Assembly: GCA_030704615.1 (NCBI GenBank)
Contig: CM060734.1
Coordinates: forward strand, 43,772,001 to 43,836,000
Length of the DNA stretch: 64,000 nucleotides
DNA from: Takakia lepidozioides
Lineage: Eukaryota > Plantae > Bryophyta
Direction: 5' to 3'
Shown here piece by piece: positions 49,479-61,535 of the stretch (its first letter is position 1; every line of letters starts with the position of its first letter). The notes below the pieces were generated by a model. The model saw only the letters and a program-made list of their open reading frames with translations. It ran no database searches and was not told where the DNA came from. Both the position numbers and the translations under genes were made by a program.

Positions 49479-52400
49479 AGCAAGAAATAATAGAAACTGG
49501 TTTGAAGGTGAAAGCAGAGTACTATGCTTCCCACACAGAAGAGCAGAGGTCTACTACTGGGCTTGAGGACATAATGAAATTTGAGATGAACAATCAAAGG
49601 AAGAACCTCATGAGTGCGTTCGACAAACAAATCCGCATAGCAGATCCAAGTCTTGGCACGGAATTTCTGGAACAGATAAAAGCACATTATGACAAGTATG
49701 GCTCAAAGCCAGAGATGACCCAAGAGAAACTGCATCGCCTCTCCATTTCAATGGTGGACAATGCAACCAAAATCAGGTGGTTGGAGATCTGGAATTCCGA
49801 TCCACTTGTGAGAGACACCAACATGTTCCCATCTCCTGAGAGGGACTCGAAGACACAAGCAATAAAAGTTGTTAGCGACCACACATTCGACTAGTGGCTA
49901 CACAAAGCAACCTTCTGGAGCCAGGTAAAGTTTCCACAAAACCATTTTCAGATGTTTGTGCTGCTCCGTGCTCTCTCCACAATTCTTATGATCTTTCTTG
50001 CTGCAGTTGGAAAAACGAGCGGTGGCTGCACTTGGGGAATCAATGGCAGACTACAAAATCCAGATGTCTTGCCCCCGGATCACACTGGAGGCCTATATCA
50101 AGCTCGTTGTCTAGAACAACTGTTTTTTCAGGGAGTTTGAGAGAGAAAAATGAATCTCCAGGTCCTACGAATTCAAAAACCAGTACAACAGCGAGCAAGC
50201 AATGAAACGAATGTTGTACATGTGTGACCTCCAAGAAACAATTCTGGTACTTGAAGTGTATGTTTCTGTATTCTTGTTTCGTTTTTTCCATGTAGAACTA
50301 CGAATTCGGAGGTTTTCAAGGAGCTATGAAGGCTCTGGACGTGTAGCCGAGCAACATTGCGTTAACGCAAGCTTGTATCCCTTTGTTTTGGTTTCACTTT
50401 CATGTACCTGGGGTATCCAATGAAGTCGTTATTCTGCATGTGAAAGGGCAAAAATTGACAGGAAAATCAACCTTGCATCAACGCAAGGTTGATGAAGGGC
50501 CTGGCTGTGTAGGTTTTCCTGTGTTCTTGGCTTTTTTTTTTTGTGGTTTCCAGTTGCAATGCTGCCAGGATGAACTTAAAGTCGGTTTGGAGTCTGTTTG
50601 AAATGTTGTTTAGAGCTTACACCGTACCATCAAACAGCCTTGCGTTGACGCAACGTTGTTTGATGGTATGGATTGCTAGATTAATCCCGCCAAAATACGC
50701 CGATTTCCATACAATTGTAGGAAAGTTAAGGTTATCAAAAATACCCTGGACAGGTGTTTCAGCAGAGGAATTCAACCTTGCGTCAACGCAAGGTTGAATA
50801 TCCATACCAGCAGATATTCAGATGGTGGTTTTCAATCACTGTTTTCCATTTCCTCAGTTAATGAAAACAACCTTACGTTGACGCAATGTTGAATTCCGTT
50901 GCCAAGCACTGTCTCTTTTAATGCTACATTATCATAGGTGTATCCGCCAATCTTCTTTGCGTCAACGCAAGGTTGATTGGGGTTCCAATGTTGTGCATGA
51001 GATGTTTTAGGATAATGGGCTTTCCCTCTCGTACGTGCTTGTTGAAAGTGCAGTTCTCCAAATTTGGTGTTTTCCATTTCAGGTCGAATCAACATTGCGT
51101 CAACGCAATGTTGAATCGGGCTTTCAAACGTTGGTTTATCAGTGTTACTGACCTGCATGCCAATACACTTCTCGTGATGTGTGATCTGTGTCCTGATTAG
51201 ATCGATTGACTGTTTGGATTTTGGGTGTGTGTGTCATTCAGGTATATGTATCATGTCCTCACACCGGGAAAGTACCTCAGCGATGACCCAGACTTCATCT
51301 ACTCGTGGGCTGACCCCTCCAATGACAAGACAATGTACACGGCTGGTATTGCCAGAGACTGGAGCAGGGCGCACTTCAGAGACTGTGGGTGGTACCTCGA
51401 TCTGCCAAAATAGGACACACCATTCGATGAAGTTTTTTTGAGAAACCTTAACGACAACGCCGCGACACTTGCCCCACTGGCTGACAAAGACATTCAGGAC
51501 AGAATCATTGCTGCTCTGGCTGCAAAAGAGCCTGAGAAATCTGCTACTCCAAAACGGAAGGGGAAGATTGTCGGGGATCCGAAGGGGAAGGGGAAGAGTG
51601 CAGCTCCGTAGGAACAGGGCCCGTCAGAGGTCGCTGAAAGACAGCCTTCTCCAACTAGGAGGGATAGGAGAACACCAAAGTCGAGGGAGCAGCCTTTCGA
51701 TGCGAGAGAACATCCATCCAGGGTTTTGGGCCAGTTCCATCGGAAGGTGGTGAATGAAAGTTTTCTGGCAATGATGGAATCCAAGAAGTCGACATTCAAA
51801 GGGGTGCCCTCGAAATCATGGGACATGCTTGTTTCGTTCCTCACTCAGGTAAGCACATATGTCTTAACTATTGTGTGAATAATTTTGTTTTGGCAACTTG
51901 TTCTGGCTTGTCGATGGGATTGATTCCTGTTGGATCAAGATTGGGCTTGTGACACTGTCTCCTGTTTTTGGCTGTAGGTCACAAAAAGGCCGGATTGGGT
52001 GAATGGAGTTCAGCAGGCATACACGACTGACCTTGTGGTGCTGGACATTCCTGACGGTTTCCCTGTCCTTGATGTGTTGCCTTCCAATTCAACCCCCACT
52101 TGGAACAAATCGGATTCTCGTTACTGGCAGTGGGCCTTCTCATTCAGCAACAAATTCCTTTCTGACTCGGGGGCTCTTCTTCTCATGCAGTCAAAGGACA
52201 TGTCGGCACGGAGAACTCTTTTCAGCTACATGAAAGCTTCTGGGTTTCGTGTCATCAAAACTTGGACATGCATCAACACTCTGCCTCTTACGAAGGGCGA
52301 GTTCCCGGGGGAGAAAGTGAGTTGGTTCCTTTGAATTAAAGTTTCGTGGTTCTGATGTACATGTCAAAAGTTGGTTTTGTCTTTTGCCTCATGCTCTCTT

Positions 52401-53361
52401 CGTGATTATTGACAGACTCGGGTGTTCAAAGCTTTGTGCCTAGTGAGGGTGCGTAAGGACACTCTTCCTCCTGGTATTGCTGAGTTCCAGTTGAGGGACC
52501 TTGCAGCTCACATTGACCCCACCTGCGAGCCTGTGGAGGATGATGTAATCTTCAATTACGTGGACTCGGGTCAAACCACGAAAAGGTCGACTGGTGTCCC
52601 TTGGAGAGGTGCACGGGAGAAATCCCCAGCTTTCATGCAGACTTTGGTGGAGACATGCAGCCGTCACGGTGGACGAGTGGTTGACTTGTCTATGGGAACA
52701 GGTGGGGCCTTGAACACTGTGTTTGAAATGTGGGCAGTGAGCTTAGGGAAGCCCTGTTTTGATTTCTCAATCATCTTCGATTTGCAGGAGCATCTTTTCA
52801 TGCGTGCAAAAGCGCCAGAAGGCACTTCTTCGGCATGGAGGCTGATACGAAGCTCTTCTCAAGCGAGCTTCATCAGCTTGAGTCGGGCACTACTTCTGCC
52901 CCATCCACGGAGGGACTTCTTGAGGAGCCCGAAGCGCCTGACGAGGATCTCGACGTGGACTCCGATTTTGAGTGTGAGTAAGTTCGGCTCTAGTCGTGCA
53001 AAATATGTTGCATTTCATTGTGTCATTCCCGTTCGACAGATGGTTGCTTACATTGTCTATTTATGGATGATAACATCTACCACCATTCCTCTTCTTGCTT
53101 TCCAGAGTTCGGCAGGCGTCATCGAATACGCATACACCTTTCGGTTTCCAAGGATACTACATGTCCCCAAGTCCCCCTAGAGCTTACCGTTTGCCGGTTT
53201 ACGCGGAAGCTTGCGCACGGGTGTTGTCCCAACAAACAATGTACTCGCCTCTCCATGGGGGTCGCGGAGAAAAAAAACGTCAAGGAGGGGCTGCTGTGTT
53301 CATAGATGATATTGCTGCAGACTCTGGAAGTAATTCCTCTGAAACCTCCAATAGTTCTTGA
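49479..53361 (+). pseudogene. Spliced beta-class N4C/N6A DNA methyltransferase-like gene, copy 2
   Basis: Phase-compatible GT-AG exons 51242-51848, 51978-52316, 52416-52701, 52788-52977 and 53106-53361; likely upstream exons lie in 49479-50340. The spliced product has DLVVLDIPDG (52044-52055 = DIPD) ..GAREKSPAFMQTLVETCSRHGGRVVDLSMGTGASFHACKSARRHFFGMEADTKLF. Confidence 0.8.
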
Positions 53362-53808
53362 GGTTCAAGTACTGAGACTTAATAGAATGTATTTTGGTTT
53401 TGCTTCCATCCCCAAACTGTTTTTCAAGATCTTCGTGCGTTCCCGTAAGTACAGTTAGGGATTGCCTGGGGTAGGTCTTTAGATTCCAGCATTGAAAAAT
53501 GTTTGTGGGTTGGAATGAATGAACTACTTTGCAAAAAAAAGGGTTTGCTGTTAATATTCAATTCTCTAGCGGGCGATCTCCTCATTCAAAAATCATGTCC
53601 TCGATCCTAAACCATCCACAAACCTACCATTGTTCTAAGTCGGAAAGAATATTCATGTGGGGGCGATGAAAGGGACATAGGCGACAACTGAACCGCGGTA
53701 ATAGGGGGGGGAAGCACGGAATTAGGACCTGCACACGTGGATGATTGCTGACGTGGCGTGAGTCTAGCCAGGCTCACAGGCTCACAGGCTCACGCGCAAG
53801 CATTCCCC

Positions 53809-56800
53809 ACTTCAGTCTGACATCAAAGAGTCTGAGTCTGAGTCTGAGATCAAAGATCTGAGTCTGAGTCTGAGGCAGAGGCCAGGCTGCACAATGCAGC
53901 CCAGCACAGAGGCTCCACATAAATGTGGAGGATACCACAGTTCACCGTAGGTTGCTTGTGGTCAGTATCACGATCTAAAGACACCTAAACACAATTCCAA
54001 AGCATCACGGCAACAACCTGCTCATGACATGAAGAACTGACTAAGCATGGCCAGAACAACAGATAGAATGAGCAGATGCAACGATAATTCAAAATTACAT
54101 AAGTGCTTCATTGCCCAAATACACTTCAGTCTGACATCAAAGAGTCTGAGTCTGAGGCAGAGACCAGGCTGCACAATGCAGCCCAACACAGAGGTTCAGC
54201 CTAAAGCTCCAAAAAACGACATTTGTTTGTTTTCCAAGTTCCTGCATAAGATGCACCAACCAACATTGCATTGTGAGACACTCACTATACTCCAAAGCTA
54301 TCAGGGAAGGTCACTAAGCAACCTGCCAAGGCGGAAACACCTGAGTCTGGACCCACACTATATCCCTGCTCCTTCAGCTATTCATGCCTCTGCACAAATC
54401 AAGCATACATCCTTGTTTTGCTGTTAGCAGCTGACGATGACAGCCTAGATTTGTTCTAGGAAACACCAACTCAACTTATCACACTAGTTCCTATGCTCAA
54501 TTGCATCTGCTACTCTCTATAATCCAACAAGCATTCACCTTCTTGCCTCGATTGTCCCACCATTGACTGGGGTCAGAAAAGTATTCATTCCACAGCTTGT
54601 CCTCGTAAATGTTACCTAGTTTTGGATACTTTCCTGTTGTCACATCGGCAGTATCATGTCAAAGTCACTCCAAACTAGATTCACTCAACCAGCTAACTTG
54701 CAGAATTCAACATGGAAAGTTAGGGCCGATTCTAATAAGAGGGAAATGTAATGAAGAACATGTTTTCATTAGCAATGCCTGATTATATCAATTGTGCCGC
54801 TGCTGCCAGTTGACCATCTACCCATGCAGGTTTCTGGTAGCTATTGATCCACAGGGAATCCATGCCTCTGCACAAAATATGCATTCACCCTTTCCGTGCT
54901 GCTAGCAACTGACAATGAAAGCCTAAAATTGTTCTAGGAAACACCCAACTCAACTTATCACATTAGTTCCTATGCTCAATTGCATTTGCTACTCTCTGTA
55001 ATCCAACAGGCATTTATCTTTTGCCTCGATTGTCCCACCATTGACTGGGGTCAAAAAAGTATTCATTCCACAGCTCCTGGTCTCCTTGTCTCTGTTACCT
55101 GTTTCTGGATACTTTCTTGTTGTTACATTGGCAATATCAGTCAGTCACTCCAAACTATCAAAGGTTTACTCAACCAGCTAACTTACAGAATTCAACATGA
55201 AAATTCAGGGCCGATTCTGATAAGAGGGAAAAACAGGGTGAAATGTGTTGAAGAAGGTGCCTTCATTAGCAGTGCCTGAATTTATCAATTGTGTTGTTGT
55301 TGCTGCAGCTTCCAGTTGACCCTCTACCCATGCATGTTGCTAGTAGCTATTGATTCACAGGGAATCATAAGTAATTTTGTGCCTGAAATTTGGCCACACT
55401 CTATCCCTTCGCTTCTTTTCCCCCACACATATGCAGCCATCACAGCCTCCAAACTGTCGCCCTTTGCCCATCATTTGCTCATAGGTATCCAAAGCCTCCA
55501 TCCCGTGAATGTGCAGCCATCTTATCAAACACTGCCTTTGCATCCTCGATGGACCCACATTTGGCATAAAAGTCCACGAGGGTATTGTTCAGAATTACAT
55601 CTGGTACAATTCCAGCTTTGGCGATGTCACCATGCACCTCTTTGCCTTTTTCTAGGGCTGCTAGGCTTGCACAAGCATTGCGAACGCACACAAAACGTGA
55701 TGTGGTTGCACTTCACCCCTTCCCCCATCAATTGCTCATACATCTCCAAGGCCTCCATCTCGCGCCCCTGCTATGCATACCCTGCAAGCATCGTGTTCCA
55801 CGACACCACATCTCGTTCAGCCATAGTATTGAACAATCCCTTCGCATCCTCAATGCTCCCACATTTGGCATACATGTCCATCAGGGCAGAGTTCAGAATG
55901 ACATTGGGTACAATTCCAGCTTTGACAATGTCACCATGGACCTCTTTGCCCTTTTCCAGGGCTGTCAGGCTTGCAAACGCACACAAATGTGACATGGTTG
56001 GGCTTCACCCCTTCGCAGATCATTTGCTCATAGGTCTCCAGAACCTCCATCCCGCACCCTTGCTGTGCATATCCTGCAATCATCGCACTCCACAAAACCA
56101 CATCTCGTTCAGCCATATTGTCGAACACTCCCTTTGCATGCTCGATGCTCCCACATTTGGCATACATGTCCACCGGGGTATTGTTCAGGATCACATCTGG
56201 TACGATTCTAGCTCTGACGATGTCGCCATGCACCTCTATGCCCTTTTGCAAGGCTGTCAGGCTTGCACACACACTGCAAACGCACACAAACGTGATGTGG
56301 TTGGGCTTCACCCCTTCCCCCCATCATTTGCTCATAGGTCTCCAAAGCCTCCATTCCGCGCCCCTACTGTGCATATCCTGCAAGCATCGCACTCCACGAC
56401 ACCACATTTTGTTCAGTCATATTGTCGAACACTCCCTTTGCATCCTCGATGCACCCACATTTGGCATACATGTCCACCAGGGCAGTATTCAGGATGACAT
56501 CTGGTAGGATTCCAGCTCTCACAATGTTGCCATGCACCTCTTTGCCCTTTTCCAGGGCTGCCAGGCTTGCACACGCACTGCAAACGCTACAAACGTGATG
56601 TGGTTGGGCTAAATCGCTTCCCCCATCATTTGCTCATAGGTCTCCAAAGCATTCCTACCACACCCATGCTTGGTAAATCCTGCCAACATGATATTCCACG
56701 TGATCAAAGATCATTGAGGCATTCTGTTGAACACTTGGTGAGCATCCATGATGCTCCCGCACTTAACATACATGTTGACAAGGGTGTGGAGGAGAAAAAC

Positions 56801-59462
56801 ATTTGGCGTGAATCCACTTTGGATAATGTGAGTGTGCACCTGCTTTCCAACTTCCAAGCCTTTCACCTTAATGCACTTATGTAAGAGACAGACATGCGTT
56901 TCTGAATCTGTTGAAATGCCTCTTTGGTTTAAATTAAAGTTTGTAGAGCCTCTTTCAGTCTACGTGCCTCACAAGGCATCTTCACATGCCCATAAGTGCC
57001 AGAAGAGGCATTGTGGACTCCCTCTCTTGATCCTCTTCCAGAAGCTGTGGTCTTGGTTGAGGTGCTTGATTTTATCAACTGTGACGTTGCAGCTGCTGCC
57101 TTTAGTTGACCATCTACCCATGCAGGTTTCTTGTAGCTATTGATCCTAGCTAGTGCCTTGTTCTATCAATGTGTTGCTGCCGCTGCTGTTTCCAGTTGAC
57201 CATCTACCCACTTGTAGCCGCTGTGCTATTGAAGAAGGTGCCCCCTTTCCCCCATTTTCCAGAGGTCCCAAGCTTGCACACGCTTTTGCAAACCCAAACA
57301 CCCACGCATGGTAGAAATCCTTCCAGCATTGTATTCCATGAGATCAAAGATCATTGAGGCATTTTGTTGAAAACTTGGTGAGCATTCATGATGCTCCCGC
57401 ACTTAACATACAGGTTGACAAGGGTGTTGAGGAGAAAAACAGTTGGCGTAAGTCCACTTTGGATCATAATGTGAGTGTGCACCTGCTTTCCAGCTTCCAG
57501 ACCTTTCCTCTTGATGCACTTAAGCAAGAGACAGACATACTTATCTAAATCTGCTGAAATTCCTCATTGGTTTGAAGCCTGTAGAGCCTCATTCAGTCTG
57601 CCTGCCTCACAAAACATCTTGACATGCCCAGAAGTGCCAGAACAAGCATTGTGGACTCCCTCTCTTGATCCTCTTCCAGAAGTTGTGGTCATGGTTGAGG
57701 TGCCTGATTTGATCATTTGTGCCGTTGCTACCGCGGCTTCCAATTGACCATCTACCCATGCAGGTTTCTTGTAGCTATCCTTCCACAGGGAATCATAAGT
57801 GATGTGGAGCTTGAAATCTGGCCCGCTTCGATGAATCTCAACCCACACTCTATCCCTGCTCCTTCATTCCAGAGCTTCTCTTAGTTTTTGTTATCTGTTT
57901 TCAATACTTTCTTGTTGCCACATAGGCAGTAATATGTCAAATCACTTCAAAACCCCCGGTACCATAGATCCACCAAGAGCTAACTTGCAGAATTCAACAT
58001 GAAAATTAGGGACAACTCTGATAACAAGGAAAATAGGCTGATATGTATTGAAGAAGGTGCCTCCGTTACCGCGTCCTAGTTCTATCAACCGAGTCTGATG
58101 GGAGGGAAAAACAGGCTGAAAGAGATCAAAGAAGAAGGTGCCCTCACCACATTGTCCTCGACCTTGTGTCATGACCCATGGAAGATTTGACTGACCATGA
58201 ACCTAAGAGAACCTCTTGTGTGTGCTGCTTGTGTCTGTAGTCAGGTAATGTCTGATTGGTCTATGAGAACCACCACGGTGCAGCTAAGCGGGCAGAAATT
58301 GAAACACGGCCTACTAAGACCAAGCTGACTCTTCCAAGAACCTTGTAAACATCAGGAAGGATACCAAAGCACGGTACTAACAGGAGCCAAGAGCCCACAT
58401 TTGCAGGATGGACAAACTTCTTCACATCGTACATTACGAAAAAGCCACACCTTGCGATTGCGGTTGTCCCACCATCGTGAAGGATCTTTAAAAACTCATG
58501 CCAGCTCAGCTCCGTGCTGCAAATTCAAGGCTGAGTTTGATGAGAGCGCAAAATAGGCTGAAATAGGTCGAAGAAGAAGGTGCCCTTACCACATTGTCCT
58601 CGACCTAAGACCAAGCTGACTCTCCCCAGAACGGCGAGCTCTCAGCCCACACCTAGTCCTCGCACGCATACCCTAGCGTTTGTCGGGTTGCTTGCTTTTC
58701 AGATGCGAAGGTTGCTCCAACTGCGGGCCTCCCATGTTTGCCCTCTCTCCTGCTTGCTGCTCTAAGTCCCAGCCCTCTCTCTCTCCCTCCCGCTCGCTCG
58801 CTCTAAGTCCCAACCCTCTGTTCACAGCTACCGGGATGGGCAATTTTTTTTTTTAAATAACCTTTTGCAAACCCTACAAGCAACTTTTGCAAAATAATTT
58901 AAACCTTTTGCACTTTCATCTTTAAACCTTTTGCACTCTGCAACAAGTTTTAAAGGAACCATGTACTAGCTCTACCCTGTTTTCATTTTACAATGTTGAA
59001 TGATTCATATTTATGTCCCTACACTGGTATGGCCACACTTAATTTGACTCCCTTCAATCATAATATGAGGACTGTTAAGCTTGCATTGCATTCGGTTTAC
59101 ATTGCAAAGTGCGCCGACCACCTCTTCGTCTTTCCGAGGGCAAATTTCTGAAGTTCATGATTTATTCCATTTGCAGTGGAGTACTAACTAAACCCATACA
59201 CCACAATCAATGGAAATAATTGTATGGTCCCATTTCACACAGGTGTGTAAACATGCCATGTAAACTAAGCCAACCCCTACCACGGTCATGGCTGTTTTCA
59301 CACCATTCTTGCCTGGGGTGTGGACCACATGTGAGACACCCCACAGTTAGGGCATATTTAGACCCACACCTTGGCTCAGTCTACAGACCCGTGATAAAAG
59401 CCGTGGAATGTGCCAGGTGTGAGATGGCATACCCGTGGAAAAAGCCGGTTTCTCTTCTAGTG
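53809..59462 (+). mobile_element. Non-autonomous CACTA element, main part and right TIR, with PPR cargo
   Basis: Ends CCGTGGAAAAAGCCGGTTTCTCTTCTAGTG followed by AGA; no TnpA or TnpD ORF visible. Confidence 0.85.
55470..57780 (-). pseudogene. PLS-class pentatricopeptide repeat gene fragments
   Basis: ~300-bp (101-aa) triplet periodicity; LEKGKEVHGDIVKAG..ILNSALMDMYAKCGSIEDAKGLFNTMAERDVVSWNTMLAGYA. The N-terminal region is duplicated (~56690-57140 and ~57320-57780); no E or DYW domain seen. Confidence 0.88.
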
Positions 59463-60267
59463 AGAGGCGGCTCATCAGGTTTGAAGAGCTTGTTGGCACT
59501 GCCTTTGACATCTTCCCATGAGGGTCTTTCTTCTTCTACCAAATCTGCATTTAATAGCATCCTAGCCTGACCCTTCAAAGCCATCTTGAAAGCATGAATT
59601 TTGAAGTCCTCGGGGACACCATTGAGCAGGGCAGTGCTTTCAAACAGCTTAAGAAATTCAGGAAAATCGTCACCCACCTTGAATTCAGGGTATGATTGAG
59701 CTTGTACCTTAGGGGTTGATGAACGGGGTTGATTATAACCTCGGGTCTCTGAACTGCCTTCTGTACAACACTTTGGACAACATCCATGGCAGTAGCTTGG
59801 TTGATGAGAATTTTCAGAAGCGAGGGACATTTGGACAGGATGTCCATAGCCTCACTTAAGCCACGCATGCTATCATCACCAACAGGATCACCAGGCAAGG
59901 GGTTGTCCATTCCCATACCACTGATATTGACATCATCTTCTACAAGCGACGGGACTTCACTGTCTGTTTCCTGAACTTCTATGGGGACAGGCTTGGTCAC
60001 ACTTAGATTAAGTGGTGTGGGAATTTCTCTGCCTACAGGGCTGTCCTCATTCAAGGGAGAAATCACTGGAGAAGCGTTCTGACTGGGGAGTTCAGAGACA
60101 TTCGGCGAGCCAGACATGTTGGAGTTTCTGTTCATGTTGTCACTCCCATTTCTCATTTCTTCCAGAGACATGTTTCTATCAGATCCTCCTAATACTGAGG
60201 GAACCTTATCCATGGACATGATTCTATCAAAACCCGATCTCAGCCATGATTTACTGGTGCTAGGCAT
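59463..60267 (-). pseudogene. Gypsy C gag N-terminus, cut by the CACTA insertion
   Basis: PEFKVGDDFPEFLKLFESTALLNG..FKMALKGQARMLL..SWEDVK..DEPP joins 43589 in frame. Confidence 0.75.
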
Positions 60268-60277
60268 AGCTAAGTCA

Positions 60278-61535
60278 CTAAATGAGAAAGGTAAAGGGTG
60301 GTATTACCTGATACTTACGCTTACAAGTGTCATTCTTTGATGTGCAGTTATCTCTAACGTCCCCAGGTTTCACCACTGCCAGTCCGCCGATCAGTGGGGT
60401 TGCTGTAATTTGCAGGCTGTCTCCTCCGTGAATCAAATTGCAAGATCTTGGTGGTGTTGATCTTGGTGTGAAATCCTCTCCCTCGTATTCAGCAGCTGTG
60501 ATGAACCGCCAGGTGGTCGGCGTTTTCTGCCAGAAATCAATGTGTACAATGGGCTGATCCCACTCCCTAACCAGTAAAGAGTCTAACGGATAATACTCGA
60601 TCACCCCGTTATAAGTGAAGCACCCATTCGTCTTTGAAATGACTGGCCGGGTAGATGATCAAATCTGCTCTATTTGCACGACTGTCAACAACGCTCATGC
60701 CATGCATTAAGTCGGTGTACGTGATTTGACGATCCAGGGACACAGTAGTACAAAATTGGATGGAATGCAGAAGTAAGGAGTCTGGCCCTTGCACAAGAAC
60801 TCAAGCCAAAGGGGGTTGATGAGGTCTTCTCCTCTGTGAAATGTGTGTGCAGCAGGTCTACCACCAAAGACACAAGAGCTTCAGGAATGCCGAGCGTCTG
60901 CCAACTTAGCCCATGTCGATCAAATGCTGTTTGAGATCAGCAATTGGCTGGATGGTAGATTCCCACAATGAACATCCGTCTGATATTGCAGGCAGGTGTT
61001 GTGTCGTTTGGAAATTATCTTCAAGCTGCATGCGTTGAAGCGAGTCTAGGTGAGACGCACGTTCAAACTCTCTCCGGATGGATCGAAGAAAATACTGGTA
61101 ACGACGATTGTCCTCCACTAATGGCTGCTGTTCATGTAAGGCAAGTATGCTCCGTGTCCTGAGGTCATACTCGATTTGGGCTAGGACTTCTTCTGGAACT
61201 AGGGCTATCGAGTCGAACTCCCAATCCAAAGGTTCTGGCTGCCAGGGAGCTTCGTATTCTTTGAATGGGTGAGGATCCGTGATGTCGTCAGGACCAAACA
61301 GAGGCGAGCCTGGCTGAATTGTGGTGTTGCTACATATGGTGTGCACGGGGAGTAGCATAATGGCCGCTAGGTCGGGATGCCGTATACACCGAGCGTTCAG
61401 CGTGGCGCACACGCGGGGAGGAAGAACTGGTGCCCACTCCAGTTGGAGCAGCAAGTGAAGGGACGGATGTGATGGGGTAGCAGGAACACCTGCATCAAGC
61501 TGAGACACCATTGCACAGGAAGATGAAACACGCAA
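60278..61535 (-). CDS. Unidentified ORF(s) upstream of Gypsy C gag
   Basis: Co-oriented ORFs of 209, 62, 61 and 108 aa running up to the gag ATG; no known motif. Confidence 0.4.

Larger units (their letters stand above)
45191..53808. mobile_element. Mutator-like DNA transposon with methyltransferase cargo, copy 2
   Basis: Flanks GGCATAATC (45182-45190) and ACTTCAGTC (53809-53817); ends ..CTCACGCGCAAGCATTCCCC; divergent transposase and MTase genes. Confidence 0.9.

Noticed and set aside
52422-53180. 252-aa ORF as a complete protein (also 22477-23235)
   Set aside because: It reads through an intron at 52702-52787; only the spliced frame completes the MTase motif I-II region.
55289-56497. 402-aa plus-strand ORF
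   Set aside because: It is the antisense shadow of the minus-strand PPR repeats.
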